Below, one piece after another: positions 34,501 through 46,894 of a DNA stretch of 64,000 nucleotides; positions within the stretch are counted from its first letter, which is position 1; each line of letters begins with the position of its first letter. A program made the position numbers and the translations under genes. Under the pieces are notes generated by a model. The model had not been told where the DNA came from, did no database searches, and saw only the letters and a list, made by a program, of their open reading frames with translations. This DNA is from Caecitellus pseudoparvulus. Taxonomy: Eukaryota; Protista; Bigyra: Bicosoecida. The DNA is taken from assembly GCA_965644315.1 (NCBI GenBank), contig CBFFRQ010000044.1, positions 124,001 through 188,000 of the forward strand. The letters run 5' to 3'.

Positions 34501-35781
34501 GCGGCCCTCAAGGTGGCTGCGCGGGACGCACAGAACCGAGCCAAGGAGCAAGCACACAAACAAAGACGAAAGATGAGTGCTCGACGCACGGGCATGGCAG
34601 CAGGTGTTCGAGCAAGTGAGGCAAGCAGCCAGAAGGTTTCCGCATTGCAAGAAGAGCTGGCGGCATCGCAAGCAAGTGCAGCGTCCCTGCTGACCCAGCT
34701 TGACTCGGCTCGCCGCCTCGCCAAGACTCGCAAGACAGCTCTGGATGCACTGAAGAGCAGCATGCAGTCTACAGGTGCATCAGCAGAGGCTCCTCAAGCA
34801 CCTCAAATGGCCATACGAAGCGATTCCCAAGGAAGTGTTCCTGCGAAACCTCGGGAATCTGGAATGCGTCGCACCCCTGCATCCGCAGCAGGACCAAGCC
34901 TCTTCGACCGATTGAGCACTCCCCGCTGCAGGTCTTCTGCATTGACCCCAGCGAGCGGCTCAAAGGGGCCAAGGACAAGCTCAGGCGGAAAGACCGGCGC
35001 CAAGGCGACGAGGGCACAGGAATCCCCTTCTGCAGAGACGCTGAGGGAGCTGGAGAGCACAGTGTCGAGCTTGTCAGCGGCAGAGTCAAGCCTTTCTCGC
35101 CGGGTGGAAGAGCTGAGCGCATCCCTTCACAGTGTTCAGGCAGAAGCGGACATGGCAGCCGGGCTGGTCTCAGATTTAGCTGCGTCGCTATTTGACAAGC
35201 TCTGCGAACAGGTGAAAGCAAATTCTGACGTCGCTCAGAAGCTTTCGAAGGGGGGGGACATGGCCAAGACCTGGGCTGGGTACACTTCCCGCGCAGCAGA
35301 ACTTCAGGGCGCTCTGCAGCAGCATTTGGTACAGCGGAAGCCAGCAACTTTGCGCCCCCAGTCTGTATCGCACTTGGTCGCTGCAGTGTTGTCGGACACA
35401 GCACAGGTGAGCCACGCCGCAGGAATGGCCCAGCATCACGAACAGTCCAGCGCTGCATCCATCGCAGCGGCTGCACTTGCAGATGTCGGTTTAAAACACG
35501 GTCTGAGTCAGTGCCACTCTGCCTTGTGGTCACCAGCAGCTCCGAGCCCCCCTGCATTTCAAGCTGCCCCGCTGCCCCATGCGACCGAGCTGGCGCCCCC
35601 AAGGGCTGATGGCAGCGACCTGCGAGGCCTGGGTGGTCCAGGGCTCCCTGGGGCCTCTCTTGCAGAGCTCGTCGCAGGCATCGGCCTCAGCAGCTCAAGT
35701 GAAGACAGCGGACAAAGGTTCTCCCAGCTGGCTTCTGCCGCACAGGGGCCTGCAAGCGTCGCTACGATGGAAACCGTATAA
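28593..35781 (+). CDS. Large coiled-coil / low-complexity protein (~2,370 aa), possibly cytoskeletal or centrosomal
   Basis: ATG at 28593. Phase-0 intron 28680-28743 (gtgagt…cctcag) joins into the 2352-aa ORF. Long heptad-rich E/Q/L/A segments alternate with S/P-rich disordered regions. Confidence 0.8.
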
Positions 35782-35870
35782 GATCAGGAGAGCCTGCATT
35801 GTGGGCATCGGACGGAACACAGGCCGACGGCCGGAAATGCAGAGTGCAACACACGTACTTGCCGCGAACA

Positions 35871-38421
35871 CTATGATCGCGCCCAGGCGTCAATGTTCAC
35901 GCTCACCCGCCCTGAGTCTGACGTGATGACGAGCTCACCTTGGTACGGACAGTCGTTTTGCGAAGCACAGTTCGCTGTGGCCTCCTCCACGATCTTTAGA
36001 CCGTTTGACGAAGTGAACTCACAGGGTGTGCTTGAGTCGAAGCCTGCGCCTCCACAAGACAGGTCCCCACCAGTCACGATGGAAATGATGCCCGCGAAGC
36101 GGGAGAGAGACACGGATATGTCTCCCGAAGACGTCTCCACCTGTACGACACCTCGCTGGGCCATAGCAAGCCTGGACAATGTCACTCGGCCGCTTACTGT
36201 CGCGACCTTGACAGCTTCCCGGCCAGTTACGTTGGTCATCACAACGCTGCCTTCATCACCCCGCACACTGAAGACATCAGCTGTGCTCCGTCGGATATCG
36301 ATGAGGCCCTTGGTTCCAAGAATGTACATGGTGCCGCCGCCATTAGTGTTTGTGACAACGCTGCCGACCACCTCAGTCAAACTCTGCACGGCAGACAGTT
36401 TTACATCACAGTCCCGGAAGGCAGAGCTGGAAACAATGATGGCGCCCTTCTGCGTGCTGAGGTCCACGCCGTAGTCCGGCTCCCCCAGCAGAGCAGGGTC
36501 ACATGCGCCGTCCACATCCTCCAATGAAATGTCTCCCAGAGTCGTGGAGACCTGCAGGCCCTCGGCACCCACAAGGAGCCCTGCCAGGTCAGTCGGGCCG
36601 TCGCTGGAGGCGGAAACGAGGCGCCTCAAACGGGGTCGGTCAGCCTCAGGCACGCTGCGCACGTCAGCTTGAACGCTGGCCAGGCCCGAGGAAGACACAA
36701 GTGTCACAGATGGTGAGCGCTCCGACTCTGCGAAGGAATTCCCTCCGTAGCGAGCTGCTGGGGGCAGGGCTACGTCCACATTGGCAAACTGACAGCTCAC
36801 ATCGAAGCCAAGGACTTGAGTTGGAGATTTGGGGTCCGCATCAATTCCTTCAGCGCCCAGCGTAGTGTCCGTCTCGAGGGCTGGAAAGGACGTGTCTGCG
36901 TACTGCTTCCGAAAGGCCCCCTTCTCGTATGTGAAGGTGGCGTTGGGGGCAGTGGACGATGAGGCCACGGAGACGGACACCACACCCCGCGTAAACGACG
37001 AGTCGACGAACACATCCATGCCGTCATCTGACGTCAGCGTCCGGCTCGCCTTGTACTCGCCGATGCTGGCGCAGGAAGTGGAAAAGTACAGAGACAGCAC
37101 TGCCATGGTGAGGATGAGGCTGACGCACACCGCAGTGCAGCAGCAAGTGCACATGATCACGCGCCGACTCTGCTTGCTTCCATGCGTCCACCGCTGCTTC
37201 CACAGCATCTGCACGGCTCCGGGCTTTTCAGTCAAGCCCTCTTCCATCTCATCACGGCCTTCGATGTCCGCCTCGATCTTCAGCGCAACGCGCAGGCGGC
37301 GGGCAGACTCCCACTGTGCAGTCAACACCAGGCCCACAACGAGGGCCATGAAGCCCAGTGCGAGCAAGTTGCTTGCAATAAACTTCTCGAATTGCTCCTT
37401 GTCGTACTTGCCTGCAAACGTGGACGGCAGCACTCGCCTGACGCTGTCCCAGTTGTCGCTGACATAGCCCTGGACGGTGTCAGCCTGCACGAGTGAGACG
37501 ACACCAAAGACCAGGAACAGGGCGGACAGGAGGGCAGTGCTGATCATGTACAACTTGATGATGCCTCGGCTATGGATGGAGGTGCCTGCCAAACCGATGA
37601 GCGTGAGCACCAGCACCAGGACGCCCATGATGAAAATGCCGAAGGCAGCGAACGGGGCATCCACAGAGGCCGCCGTGTCTGCAACGTACACCCCTGCTGC
37701 AATAAGTCCGATGCCGAGTGGCATCTGAGCGATGGATGTCGCTTGCAGGAGGATGGTGAACGCTTTCACCGGCGTCACGAGGGACACGATGTTGCCCATG
37801 ACGGACAAGGACATGAGGAACAGGACGAAAGACACACCACCGGAAACCTTCAAGGCCATGTCCAGCTTGTTCACGGTGTCCTCCAGGTCCGCCTGCTCCC
37901 GCTCTTTCGCAGTCATTTCAGCCAGCGCCTGGTCCCAGTTGTCCCTCACGTGCTGAGTCGCTGAGTCGGCGAAGATGAAGCAGAAGCCGCCCAGAATGAG
38001 CAGGGCTTGGGCACAGAAAACCAGCCCCGTGTAGTACTGCAGGGTGGGTGCACGGCTGGGAGTCAGGGGAGCAAAGGCACGCGTGGGCAGCTGGAGAACT
38101 CACCACCAGCAACACCTTGGTCGCACCCTTGACCGAGCCGACGCAGCCCACGAAGGTAAGAAAGAACATGACGACTCCAACTCCCGAGAGGGTCCAGACA
38201 AGGAATTGGGCCGTCGGTCCGAAGGCAAATTGCTCTGCCCAAATGGCGAACGCCACCAAGCCTGCCGCAGGCAGGACAGCGCAGAGGTTGAATGTGCGAA
38301 TGCAACGCCTTGCCGCCGCCTCCTCCGCGAGCAGAGAAGTCTCATGCTCCACTTCAGGATCAAATGTCTCCCACGCATCCTCATCTCCATCATAGTCGTC
38401 ATGGTGTGCCTTGGAGGCCAT
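35871..38421 (-). CDS. Polytopic membrane protein (~827 aa): two tandem tetraspanin-like 4-TM units, a ninth TM, and a C-terminal DUF4097/adhesin-like beta-repeat ectodomain
   Basis: Exons 38421-38104 and 38036-35871 with phase-0 intron 38037-38103. Two similar blocks: FLTFVGCVGS…YY…VRDNWD and VLTLIGLAGT…LY…VSDNWD. C-terminal repeats such as VSTTLGDISL, LSTQKGAIIV, VATVSGRVTL, VETSSGDISV and ITSDSGRVSV. Confidence 0.75.
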
Positions 38422-38976
38422 ACTTGCTGTGGCGTTTCGTGGTCACGCGGCCAGGCAAAAACAGCGGCACGCGCGAAGCCCAAGCAGGTGCTTCAAGACA
38501 GTCAAGTGGGTGAAAAACCCGACAAGTCAACGAGGATCTCGCTCGCCCTTCCTTATGAGGCCCCCGGAGGGGGTCCAGGAGCGGCGGGTGAAGTGTAACG
38601 CTGCCAGGCGGATTTTGCTTCTCCGACTGGTGGTGGTGCACGCCTGGCTCCAAGCAGATGCCCAAGGCCCGCCACACAAGTGCGGATGGCAGGAGCTGCG
38701 AGGTGTGCAAACGCAGTCGATGCTTGATTTTGAGATTGCGCGTGGTGGCGCTGGCCACGTAGCCCTACCAATCTTGTGCTTTTGCAGTGTTATAGAGTCC
38801 GACCACGCCTGTGTCAAAACCAAACGCCTCCTTGAAAAGAGGGAGGTTCACATTGCCTTCCTTGCCAGGAAAAAGGTGCTTCATTCGCCCAGCACACGCC
38901 GCGTCGAGTTGGTGTGCTCTCCTTTCGCTGTGGTGTCAGGCATCGTTGGGCTGTGCGGCTTTTGGACGTGAACCAG

Positions 38977-40977
38977 ATGCGTCATGCCGTGCTGGCTTGT
39001 GTCGTGCTGGGGTTGACGATGGCGGGTGGCGCATGCAGGAACCTCACCCTGCCGCTGTTTGCCAGGGGGGCCTTCCTCACTCTCCCGTTCGAGTGGGGCT
39101 CGCCGCCCCCCCAAGGTCAGCGGCAGCTGGTGCTGGACACTGGCTCCAGCGACATTGCCTTGACTGGCACGAAGGCCGAAGTCCAAGCTGCAGTGGGTAA
39201 CATCACAGTGGAAAACACCCGTGCTGGAGTTTCCCATGGGCTGATTGTGGATGACACCATCCTGCAGTGGCGCAGCACATTTCGGGTCGACGGCGAGGAC
39301 CTGCCTTCGTACCTCATTCTGGGCGCGCGGGCGTCATGGCCTGGGGGATACGTGGCAGCACAGGGGGGTTACGCGCCGCCTTCCCCACAACTAAACGCTA
39401 CGCTTGCTCCAGTGCTTGTGGCGCCTGACTTCGACGTGGAGGGATCGGCGCCGTACTTCAGCGGGTGGAGACATACAGAAGGCGTGGTGGGTGTCTTGCC
39501 ATCTTTCAGACACCTGGGCTCGAAGTCGTCACTGGCCGCACTCCAAGGCTTTGCCGGCCAGGGTGGAAACGCAACTACGCTTCGGTACTTGTCGCTGCAC
39601 CTCGGAAGGCACTGCGTTGACGCCTTCGGCGCAGGCGTTTCCGCTTGCAGAGGAGCGGCCCCAAACAGCTCCGCCCTTGGCACTCCCCCGACGGGGTCGT
39701 TGCCTGCTGGCAGCTCGGGCCAAGTGGGCTGGTTCACCATATCCTCTACCATGTACGGAGCACTCGCACCCCTGCTGGCAGACGGCTCTAGCGCCCCCTT
39801 GCACTGGCTGGACACACCTGCAGAATCGCCCACAGGCCTGTACGCCGCAGAGCTGCACGAGCCCGCCATGTGTGGCGTGCGACTGCTTGGCGGCATCACA
39901 TCCAGCACAATGGCCCTAGTGGACACTGGCGCAGCTTGCTTGACGTTGCCAGCGGAGGCCTTTGACACCATGCGCACGTGGGCTGGCGATGTGCTGCAGT
40001 GCCCCACGTCGACACAGGGAGCTCCGGCGTGGACCATGTCCAGCGGCAGCACCGCCCGCATGTGCAAACTAGCCCCTGGCGCAGATGCAGCCGCCCTGCC
40101 AACGATTTCCTTTGCAGTTTCAGCAGCACCAGGCGCCGCCGAGCTGCATCTGCCGCTTGCGTCCCTGGTGCTGTCGCCTGCTGACATGAACGAGACCCAG
40201 GCTGGCGGGGACCGCTGGCTGTGTGTCCGCAGGCAGTACAGTGCCGCCCTGCTGAAGCGGACAGACTCAGGCGGGACAGCATCCTTTGTTTTCGGTGCCA
40301 TGGTCCTGCGCGCCTTCAGCATGGTGCTGGATGCGCGCACGCTCCGTGTGGCTGTGCAGCAGCAGCCGTCCTCCTTGAACACGTCCACGTGGGAGGCAAG
40401 GCCAGTGGCCTTCGAAGATGGGGTGCAGCAGACTTCCACCCTGCTGCCAAGGACGTGCAGGTGGCCTGTCAGGTGCGTGGGGGAGGCTGTCTGGGACGCC
40501 TCGTCCAATACGTGTGTCGCCCCAGCCGCATGTGGCGCTGCTTACGCCACCCTGCGATGGGACTCCGCGCGGCAGCAGTGCACGACATGGACCCAGCCAG
40601 TGGTGGTAGTCATCCTCTTTATTCTCGTTTTGCTGTCTGCAGAAGCAGCCATCGCACGCGTGCTTGCTGCTGTGCACGAGTTGACGGCGCGCTTGGCGGA
40701 CGGCCATGGCGGCAGCGGCGCTTTCGTGGACCGCATGGACGCCGTGTTCCAGGCCCATTCCCCTCTCAGTCTGCGAGCCGCACTGGCCATGCTGCGTCTG
40801 GCATCTCCATCAACGACCCGGGCCAGCGTGCCGAGCAGCGCACGTGTGGGGGATGCGGCGGCTGAGGGTGCGGTGGAGGAGGATGCAGCACCTGGCAGTG
40901 CTGCAGCGTTCGGGGAAATGCCGCTGCTCCTACGCATGCGTGGGGCACACAGCAGGCGTGCAGCTGGTCGCAGCTGA
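38977..40977 (+). CDS. Pepsin-like (A1) aspartyl protease with signal peptide and C-terminal TM helix
   Basis: Signal MRHAVLACVVLGLTMAGG. Two catalytic motifs, LVLDTGSSD and ALVDTGAACLTLP. FVFGAMVLR…VLD psi-loop. TM VVVVILFILVLLSA. Confidence 0.85.
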   Translation: MRHAVLACVVLGLTMAGGACRNLTLPLFARGAFLTLPFEWGSPPPQGQRQLVLDTGSSDIALTGTKAEVQAAVGNITVENTRAGVSHGLIVDDTILQWRSTFRVDGEDLPSYLILGARASWPGGYVAAQGGYAPPSPQLNATLAPVLVAPDFDVEGSAPYFSGWRHTEGVVGVLPSFRHLGSKSSLAALQGFAGQGGNATTLRYLSLHLGRHCVDAFGAGVSACRGAAPNSSALGTPPTGSLPAGSSGQVGWFTISSTMYGALAPLLADGSSAPLHWLDTPAESPTGLYAAELHEPAMCGVRLLGGITSSTMALVDTGAACLTLPAEAFDTMRTWAGDVLQCPTSTQGAPAWTMSSGSTARMCKLAPGADAAALPTISFAVSAAPGAAELHLPLASLVLSPADMNETQAGGDRWLCVRRQYSAALLKRTDSGGTASFVFGAMVLRAFSMVLDARTLRVAVQQQPSSLNTSTWEARPVAFEDGVQQTSTLLPRTCRWPVRCVGEAVWDASSNTCVAPAACGAAYATLRWDSARQQCTTWTQPVVVVILFILVLLSAEAAIARVLAAVHELTARLADGHGGSGAFVDRMDAVFQAHSPLSLRAALAMLRLASPSTTRASVPSSARVGDAAAEGAVEEDAAPGSAAAFGEMPLLLRMRGAHSRRAAGRS

Positions 40978-41020
40978 CGGTGTGTGTGTGTCTTGCATTG
41001 TTCGATCACTTGCGGCTTCG

Positions 41021-42778
41021 TCACACGCGCACGAACGTCGTGCCATCTACAATGGCCGTGGCCACAGCGCCTGCAACAGCCCACTCTGCAGTGGCTGGGA
41101 CGACGCCCGGCAGCTCATGCTCCGCCACAATGACAGTAGGGCCGTCCAGGTGCATCCCCTGCAGCGCGTGCAGCCCTGAGCCGTCCACACTGGCGCGCCC
41201 TGACACTTCCACCGTGGCTGTCGCTGCGACCACGGCACCAGCAGCGGTGGCCCACTTGCGGCCCTGCTCCGCCAGGTACGCCCTGGCGGTATCCGGGCTA
41301 TCACTGGCAGAGCCGGGGGCGTTCTTCACCGGCGCGAATTCATCCTCGCGCACCACCTCCAGGCCCGCCACAACGTCCGCCGCCTCGAACACGTCGAAGA
41401 TGAACGTCTCCAACTTGATGCCGGTGTTGCCCGTCAGCTCCCCCTTGGGCACCATCTCGCCTGTCTCTGGATGAGCAAAGGGAATCTTCTTGTTTGCCAG
41501 GTGGTACACCTTGGGCAGCGTGGCGGGGGAAGCCTTGGAGGCCAGGAAGGCCATGGTGTAGAAGTGGATGCACAGGTTGCCGGCGGAGAAGCGCAGGGAG
41601 CCATCAGCGTTGGTCTCCTCCTTGGTGGCGTCGGGCATGTCGCTGTACTCCACGACAGCAAACTTGCCTCCCCGCTTGCACAGCACGCCGACCTTCTCCG
41701 CGGCACTGCTCTTGCGGCAGACCTTGGCGCCGACCTCCGCACCTGCGGAAATGCAGTACCCCACGAACACCGGATCCCCCACGCGCACCAGCGCATTGTC
41801 CACGGCAAACACATGCAGGTACTTCACGCCTTTGTCCTGCAGCGCCGCGAAGGTGCCTGACTCGTGCAGGGCGCGGTAAATGCCGCCGTTCCCGTCCGGC
41901 GCTCGCGCGACGGTGCAGCGGTCTTCCAGCATGATCTTGCCGTCCGTGGTGAGGCAGGGCAGGGTGCCCTGCTCGAAAAAGTGCACGTTCTCCTTCCCCA
42001 CGCCGTAGTACTCTGCCGCTTCAAAGGCTGCCAGCGTGTCGTGGTGCGTCATGGGGGAAGTCATCACCACCCATGGCAGGGACACAGAGTCTGCCGCCAC
42101 ACCCTGGGCAGCAGCCACGCTGGCGCGCAGGCCCATGATGCGGTCCGCCTGCATGTGGAACAGCGTCTTGCCGGCAGGCAGACCCAGGTTGTACTCGCCC
42201 TTGGGCTTGTTGAAGCCCAGGCGGGTACCTTGGCCACCGGCCAGCGTCAACACGGCAACTTCCCCAGCTGCGACCGCAGCCATGCCCGTCTCACGCCAGG
42301 CGGCGAGGTCTGCTGCCGGAGCATCGAAGGTGCTTGCAATTTTATCCACTGGATCGTACGTTGCCTCCCCCAGGGTCTCTGCGTAGGGTGGGAGGGGGGA
42401 GGCGTAACGGGTGGCCAGGCGGAGCGGTACGGCCCAGCCATGCGTGCACGCACTACTGTGGGCCTCCATCGTTGCATCGAACAGCTCGTTCACCAACTCC
42501 ACGTTGATGGCAGCTAGCTGCTCAGCCAAAGCTGCCTTCCCTGCGTCGTCCACTTTCTGCGTGGCTTGGGGAGGCACTGTGGCGGGGTGGTCCCTGCGGA
42601 ATTTGGCGGCCTTCACTCACCCCTTCGTCCACGAACTTGAACACTTGACCCTGTCCTGCTCCTTCGAACTTGGCCCGCAGGGTCTCAAGATCTGCGAGGA
42701 TGGAGTGCGCCTCGTGTTGGTGTGGGAGTGTCGGAGAAGCAGGCCTGGGAGCCTTCGCGCACCTGTGGAGGCAGCCAT
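41021..42778 (-). CDS. UAP1: UDP-N-acetylglucosamine pyrophosphorylase
   Basis: Motifs LAGGQGTRLG…PKG, FEQGTLPC, APDGNGG, VDNAL, VVEYS and KLETFIFDVF…REDEFAPVKNA. Introns 42692-42762, 42557-42620 and 42379-42453. Confidence 0.93.
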
Positions 42779-43221
42779 TGCGAAGCTCGGGCACTTGGTT
42801 GCGAGGGCAGGCTTGCGTTGCTGGATGCGAGAGTCCTCCAAGGCACATGAGTCGTAAATATGGAGCGTCATGAGTATTGGGATGCATGGGTATGTGCACT
42901 GGTGTGGTTTGCCAAGCTCTCCAGCGCTTGTTGCTGCACTGAATCTACATCAGTCCAGGCGCAGTACCTGCCAAGGAGTCCAAACAGCACCACCGAACGC
43001 GGGCCTGAGCTCAGCAGTTGGCACAATCCACACGACAGCGGTCCCCTGTGCATTTAGCCCAGTGCCCAAGAACGCAGTCCACACTTCTCCTGCAGTGGCA
43101 AGTGCTTCGGCCAAGCTCAGCAGCAGCGCTGCAGCGCAACGGTAGTTGGCCAACCCACGCTCAGAGCCATACCTCGTGCCAAGTGCACAGGGCAGAAGGC
43201 ACGTGCAGGCCAGCCACATTC

Positions 43222-45177
43222 ATGGCGTACCATCCATCGTATGGCAGCAGTGCAGGGGGCTATGCCGCCCGGCACCGGGCCACAGACCCAGCTGCAGCGC
43301 GCGGAGGTGGTGGCGTTTCACACACGACTTCTGCCGGCGTGCGCTCCGGGTACACAGGCTCCTCCTCGGGGAGCAGGCAGCACTCGGGAACGGGGAGCAG
43401 GTATGATATCTACTCTCACCCTGTTGCTGCCCCGCGTGAACTGGTGTCTGGGTACCCTTCCAGGACGCCAGCTCCCAGCTGGTCAAGTGGTGTTGTCACG
43501 GCGGCGGCCGCCTCTGCACCATACTCCACCACTGTCCCCGCACCGGGCGGACGGTGGGGCGGCGGCGGGGTCCTTCCAGGCATGACTTCAGGTGAATCAT
43601 GGGCTGATAGCCCCCCTCCAGCGGGCCGCCACTCGTACTCGACTTCACATGCGTTGCCCAGCCGCGAGCACCTGACACGCCACGAGTCAAGCGCAACGCG
43701 GTATGCTCGCCAGCCGGCCTCCAGCTCCACCCTGCCAGCTTCGCGCATCCCCATCTTGGACAGGCACTCCTCTTCCCAACGAAGCATGCCTGAGCCAGTG
43801 GCTGGCGCTGCCCGCACCATTCGGCGAGCTCGTGAGCAAGCCGAGGCCGCCTTCGCATCAGCCAAGGCGAGGGGTGCACCTGAGGAGGAGACCCAGCCCG
43901 CTGCGAAGGCCGGGCAGCAGCCTTATACACACACCTTGGACAAGTTGGGGTACGGCAGGAGCACCCTCCCAGGCAGTGCAGAGGGGGGGGCCCGGTCAGC
44001 GCCAGGCAGGGGGGTCAGCAGAGAGGCCGCCACAAGCCAGCCCGTCGTGTCCCGCCACCCCCGTGGACTGGTGGGCCTGTCCAACCTCGGCAACACCTGC
44101 TTCCTGAACTCCACGCTGCAGTGCCTCAGCAACATCCCGCCCTTGACGCAGTACTTCCTCGCCAAGCGCGAGCGCAGCGACGTGAACGCTCGCAGCCCCA
44201 CCAAGGGCCGCATGGCAGCGGCTTACGGCAGCCTCATCCGACGCATGTGGGGCGGCGGCAGCGGCGTGGAGGCGCCCACTGACGTCAAGGCCATCATCGC
44301 GCGCGTTGCCAAGCGCTTCCTTGGGTACTCCCAGCACGACGCACAGGAGTTTCTGCGGTTCCTCCTGGACGCCATGCACGACGACGTGAACCGGGTGGGG
44401 AAGCCGCCCCCCTACCAGGAGCTGGATGACGACGCCTCCGCCAGTGACCAGGCCGTCTCAGACACCTGGTGGGGGTACAACTGTGCGCGCAACGACAGCA
44501 TCCTGCACGACCTCTTCGCGGGGCAGTTCAAGTCCGTCGTCACCTGCCGCGTGTGCGACCGCGTGAGCAGGGCGTGGGACCCCTTCTGGGACCTGCCCCT
44601 GCCCATCCCCCGCAGTGCCCAGGCCCGCTCAAGCCGCATGTACGGCGGCATGAGCGGCCTGGCCAGCGGCGGAGGGGGCGCTGCCTGCCCCCTGTCCAAG
44701 TGCTTCAAGGGCTTCGTGCGGCAGGACAGCCTGGACGGTGACTACTACTGCGCCCGCTGCGGCAAGCACACGGACAGCGTGAAGGAGATGCGCATCCAGC
44801 GGTGCCCGGCTGTGCTGGTCATCCACCTCAAGCGCTTCGCCTTCAGCCTGTACCGGCGGTCCAAGATCACCACCAGCGTGGACTTCCCCGTCACGGGCCT
44901 GGATGTGACAGAGTACTGCTCGGCGTCCTGCCCCGATGTGCCAGAGGGCGGCTCGGCGCCACTGTACGACTTGGTGGGGGTGGTGAACCACATGGGCAGC
45001 ATGGGAGGCGGGCACTACACAGCTGACGCGCTGAATGTGGACACTGGCAAGTGGTACAACTTCAATGACTCGCGAGTCAGCCCCACCTCTGCCTCCCGCC
45101 TCTCTGGCTCGGCGGCGTACCTGTTGTTCTACCTGCGGCGCGGGGCGTCGGCCGGGCAGCCAGCCAGCACAGGCTGA
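43222..45177 (+). CDS. Ubiquitin-specific protease (peptidase C19, USP2/USP21-like) with disordered N-terminus
   Basis: Cys box GLSNLGNTCFLNSTLQCL, QHDAQEFL, CRVC…CARC zinc ribbon, LVIHLKRF, His box NHMGSMGGGHYTA…WYNFNDS and AYLLFY. Confidence 0.92.
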   Translation: MAYHPSYGSSAGGYAARHRATDPAAARGGGGVSHTTSAGVRSGYTGSSSGSRQHSGTGSRYDIYSHPVAAPRELVSGYPSRTPAPSWSSGVVTAAAASAPYSTTVPAPGGRWGGGGVLPGMTSGESWADSPPPAGRHSYSTSHALPSREHLTRHESSATRYARQPASSSTLPASRIPILDRHSSSQRSMPEPVAGAARTIRRAREQAEAAFASAKARGAPEEETQPAAKAGQQPYTHTLDKLGYGRSTLPGSAEGGARSAPGRGVSREAATSQPVVSRHPRGLVGLSNLGNTCFLNSTLQCLSNIPPLTQYFLAKRERSDVNARSPTKGRMAAAYGSLIRRMWGGGSGVEAPTDVKAIIARVAKRFLGYSQHDAQEFLRFLLDAMHDDVNRVGKPPPYQELDDDASASDQAVSDTWWGYNCARNDSILHDLFAGQFKSVVTCRVCDRVSRAWDPFWDLPLPIPRSAQARSSRMYGGMSGLASGGGGAACPLSKCFKGFVRQDSLDGDYYCARCGKHTDSVKEMRIQRCPAVLVIHLKRFAFSLYRRSKITTSVDFPVTGLDVTEYCSASCPDVPEGGSAPLYDLVGVVNHMGSMGGGHYTADALNVDTGKWYNFNDSRVSPTSASRLSGSAAYLLFYLRRGASAGQPASTG

Positions 45178-45446
45178 CGACTGGGCAATGCTATGTAGTG
45201 TGCAGTCACCGCCTTGCTTCCGTGCCCATAACTATCGGGTCTGCTATGCCTCGGAATTCACTCTTGCGCCTCGCTTGTGCTGTGCCGGGCGCTGGCAGTG
45301 TGCCCACCCCCGCACTTTTCAAGTGGCCTGGATCGCAGCCGTCCAGAACCCCAACACAGGCACGCGCTGCAGTACCTGGCTTGTCCCTCTGCTGCATGCT
45401 TGAGCGGGTGTGGGCCCACCGAGCGCTGCGAGTCGGCCGGCGAGGC

Positions 45447-46195
45447 ATGGCCGCGGAGAGCGAACAGGCTGCCCAAGGCAGCCGGCTGCAGGTGCCGCTG
45501 CCACCGAAAGGCATCAAGGCGGTGATTTGGGACTGGGACAAGACTGTCCTGCGCATCCACAGCTGGGCGCAGCGGGTGCGCGCGGAGGATGTGCGGGCAG
45601 GGCACCATGAGGGGGATTTCATGGACCGGGAGTTCTTTGAGGCGCTGGTGAAGGCGCTGGTGGAGCGGGAGGTGAAGGTGCTGGTGGCCTCCTTCGGCTC
45701 CTACGAGGTCATTCAGGCGTACACGGACCGCCTGTTCGGGCACGGCTCCAACCCCTTCAACCGGGACACCATCTCCACGCCCAGCACGCTGGGCACGTTC
45801 AGGGGGGAGGACGGCCAGGAGCACGCACACAAGGACGGCACCAGCGTCAGGGGGCAGAAGCTGCCCCAGCTGAAGAAGCTCTGCGACGCCCACGCGCTGA
45901 AGAAGCACGAGGTGATGTTCTTTGACGGTTCGTGAAAGTGCAAGAGGCAACGCAGGCGAAACGCCGCCCACGCCGCCACCCCCCCCCGCGCGCAGATGAC
46001 ATCAAGAACATCGTCGGCGAATATGGCGCCCTCTCAGACGACTATGTGAACTCCTTCTACTGCCCAGAGGCGTTCACGCGCAGTGTGTGGGAGACGGCTC
46101 TGCGGCGCATGGAGGAGGGCGACCCGACCTACATGACCCAGTGGAAGGCGGCCCAGCAAGGCAGCAGCCCTGCTGGGCACCATGCATCCCAATAA
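45447..46195 (+). CDS. HAD-superfamily hydrolase/phosphatase
   Basis: Motif I VIWDWDKT, motif II VAS, and motif IV FFDDD..NI restored by intron 45928-45995. Confidence 0.8.
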
Positions 46196-46441
46196 ACCCA
46201 CCCACGGCCAGGGTGTGGCCGCTGCTGTGTCGGGCAGAGGGGGGGCGCGCAATGCATTCGCCACTGCCTGTGCTTGGGGTGCCTCTGCCGCCCTGCCCCT
46301 GCACCAGCCGCCACAAGCTGCCTCCCGCCCTGGAAGGCACGCTTTGCCACCATGGCGCTGCTGGGACTGGGCGTGGCGCGCTGTGTCCAGCTGGGGGGCG
46401 GTCTGTGCGAGCGGGTAGCAGCAGCGGCAGGAGAGGCCAAG

Positions 46442-46894
46442 TCACCGGCCCTCCCCCGCGTCACCGCCCCCGGCAGCAGCTGCCGCCTGCTCCTCCTCAA
46501 TCGCATCCAGCCAGCTCGTGTACACGTCCACTGGCTCTGTCAAGACTGCAGGGGGGGTGGGAGCGTCGCATGCGCGTCTGCCACGTTCGGGCGCCATCGC
46601 AGCCGGTGCCAAGGCAACGCACATGTGGTTCGGGTCTGGTGCGACGAGTCACACACTCGACATGTGATGGTCCCCATTTCAGTGTTCTTGTCCCTGGGTA
46701 GCGCGCGTCAGCGGGGGCGTGGGTGCAGGCACATGCACCACGCCCGTATGCGGAAATCGAGGCGCTGCCGCTGGGACGCACAGCTTCACCTCGCAGGTGT
46801 CGGCATGGCAGCAAAGCGGGCACTTGAAGGTTTTGGGCACCGTTAGCTTCCGCGAGGTGGCCACCTTCTTAGCAGACTTGCCCCTCCTTCCCAT
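46442..46894 (-). CDS. ELF1: Transcription elongation factor 1 homolog (Elf1/ELOF1)
   Basis: Three exons give MGRRGKS…FKCPLCCH…CEVKLDK…GTITCRVC…FLTEPVDVYTSWLDAIEE, the Elf1 zinc-ribbon signature. Both introns are gtgcgt…cag. Confidence 0.92.

Noticed and set aside
38411-38971. 186-aa plus-strand ORF between the membrane-protein gene and the protease
   Set aside because: It spans a divergent promoter region, starts at a non-ATG codon and has no motifs.
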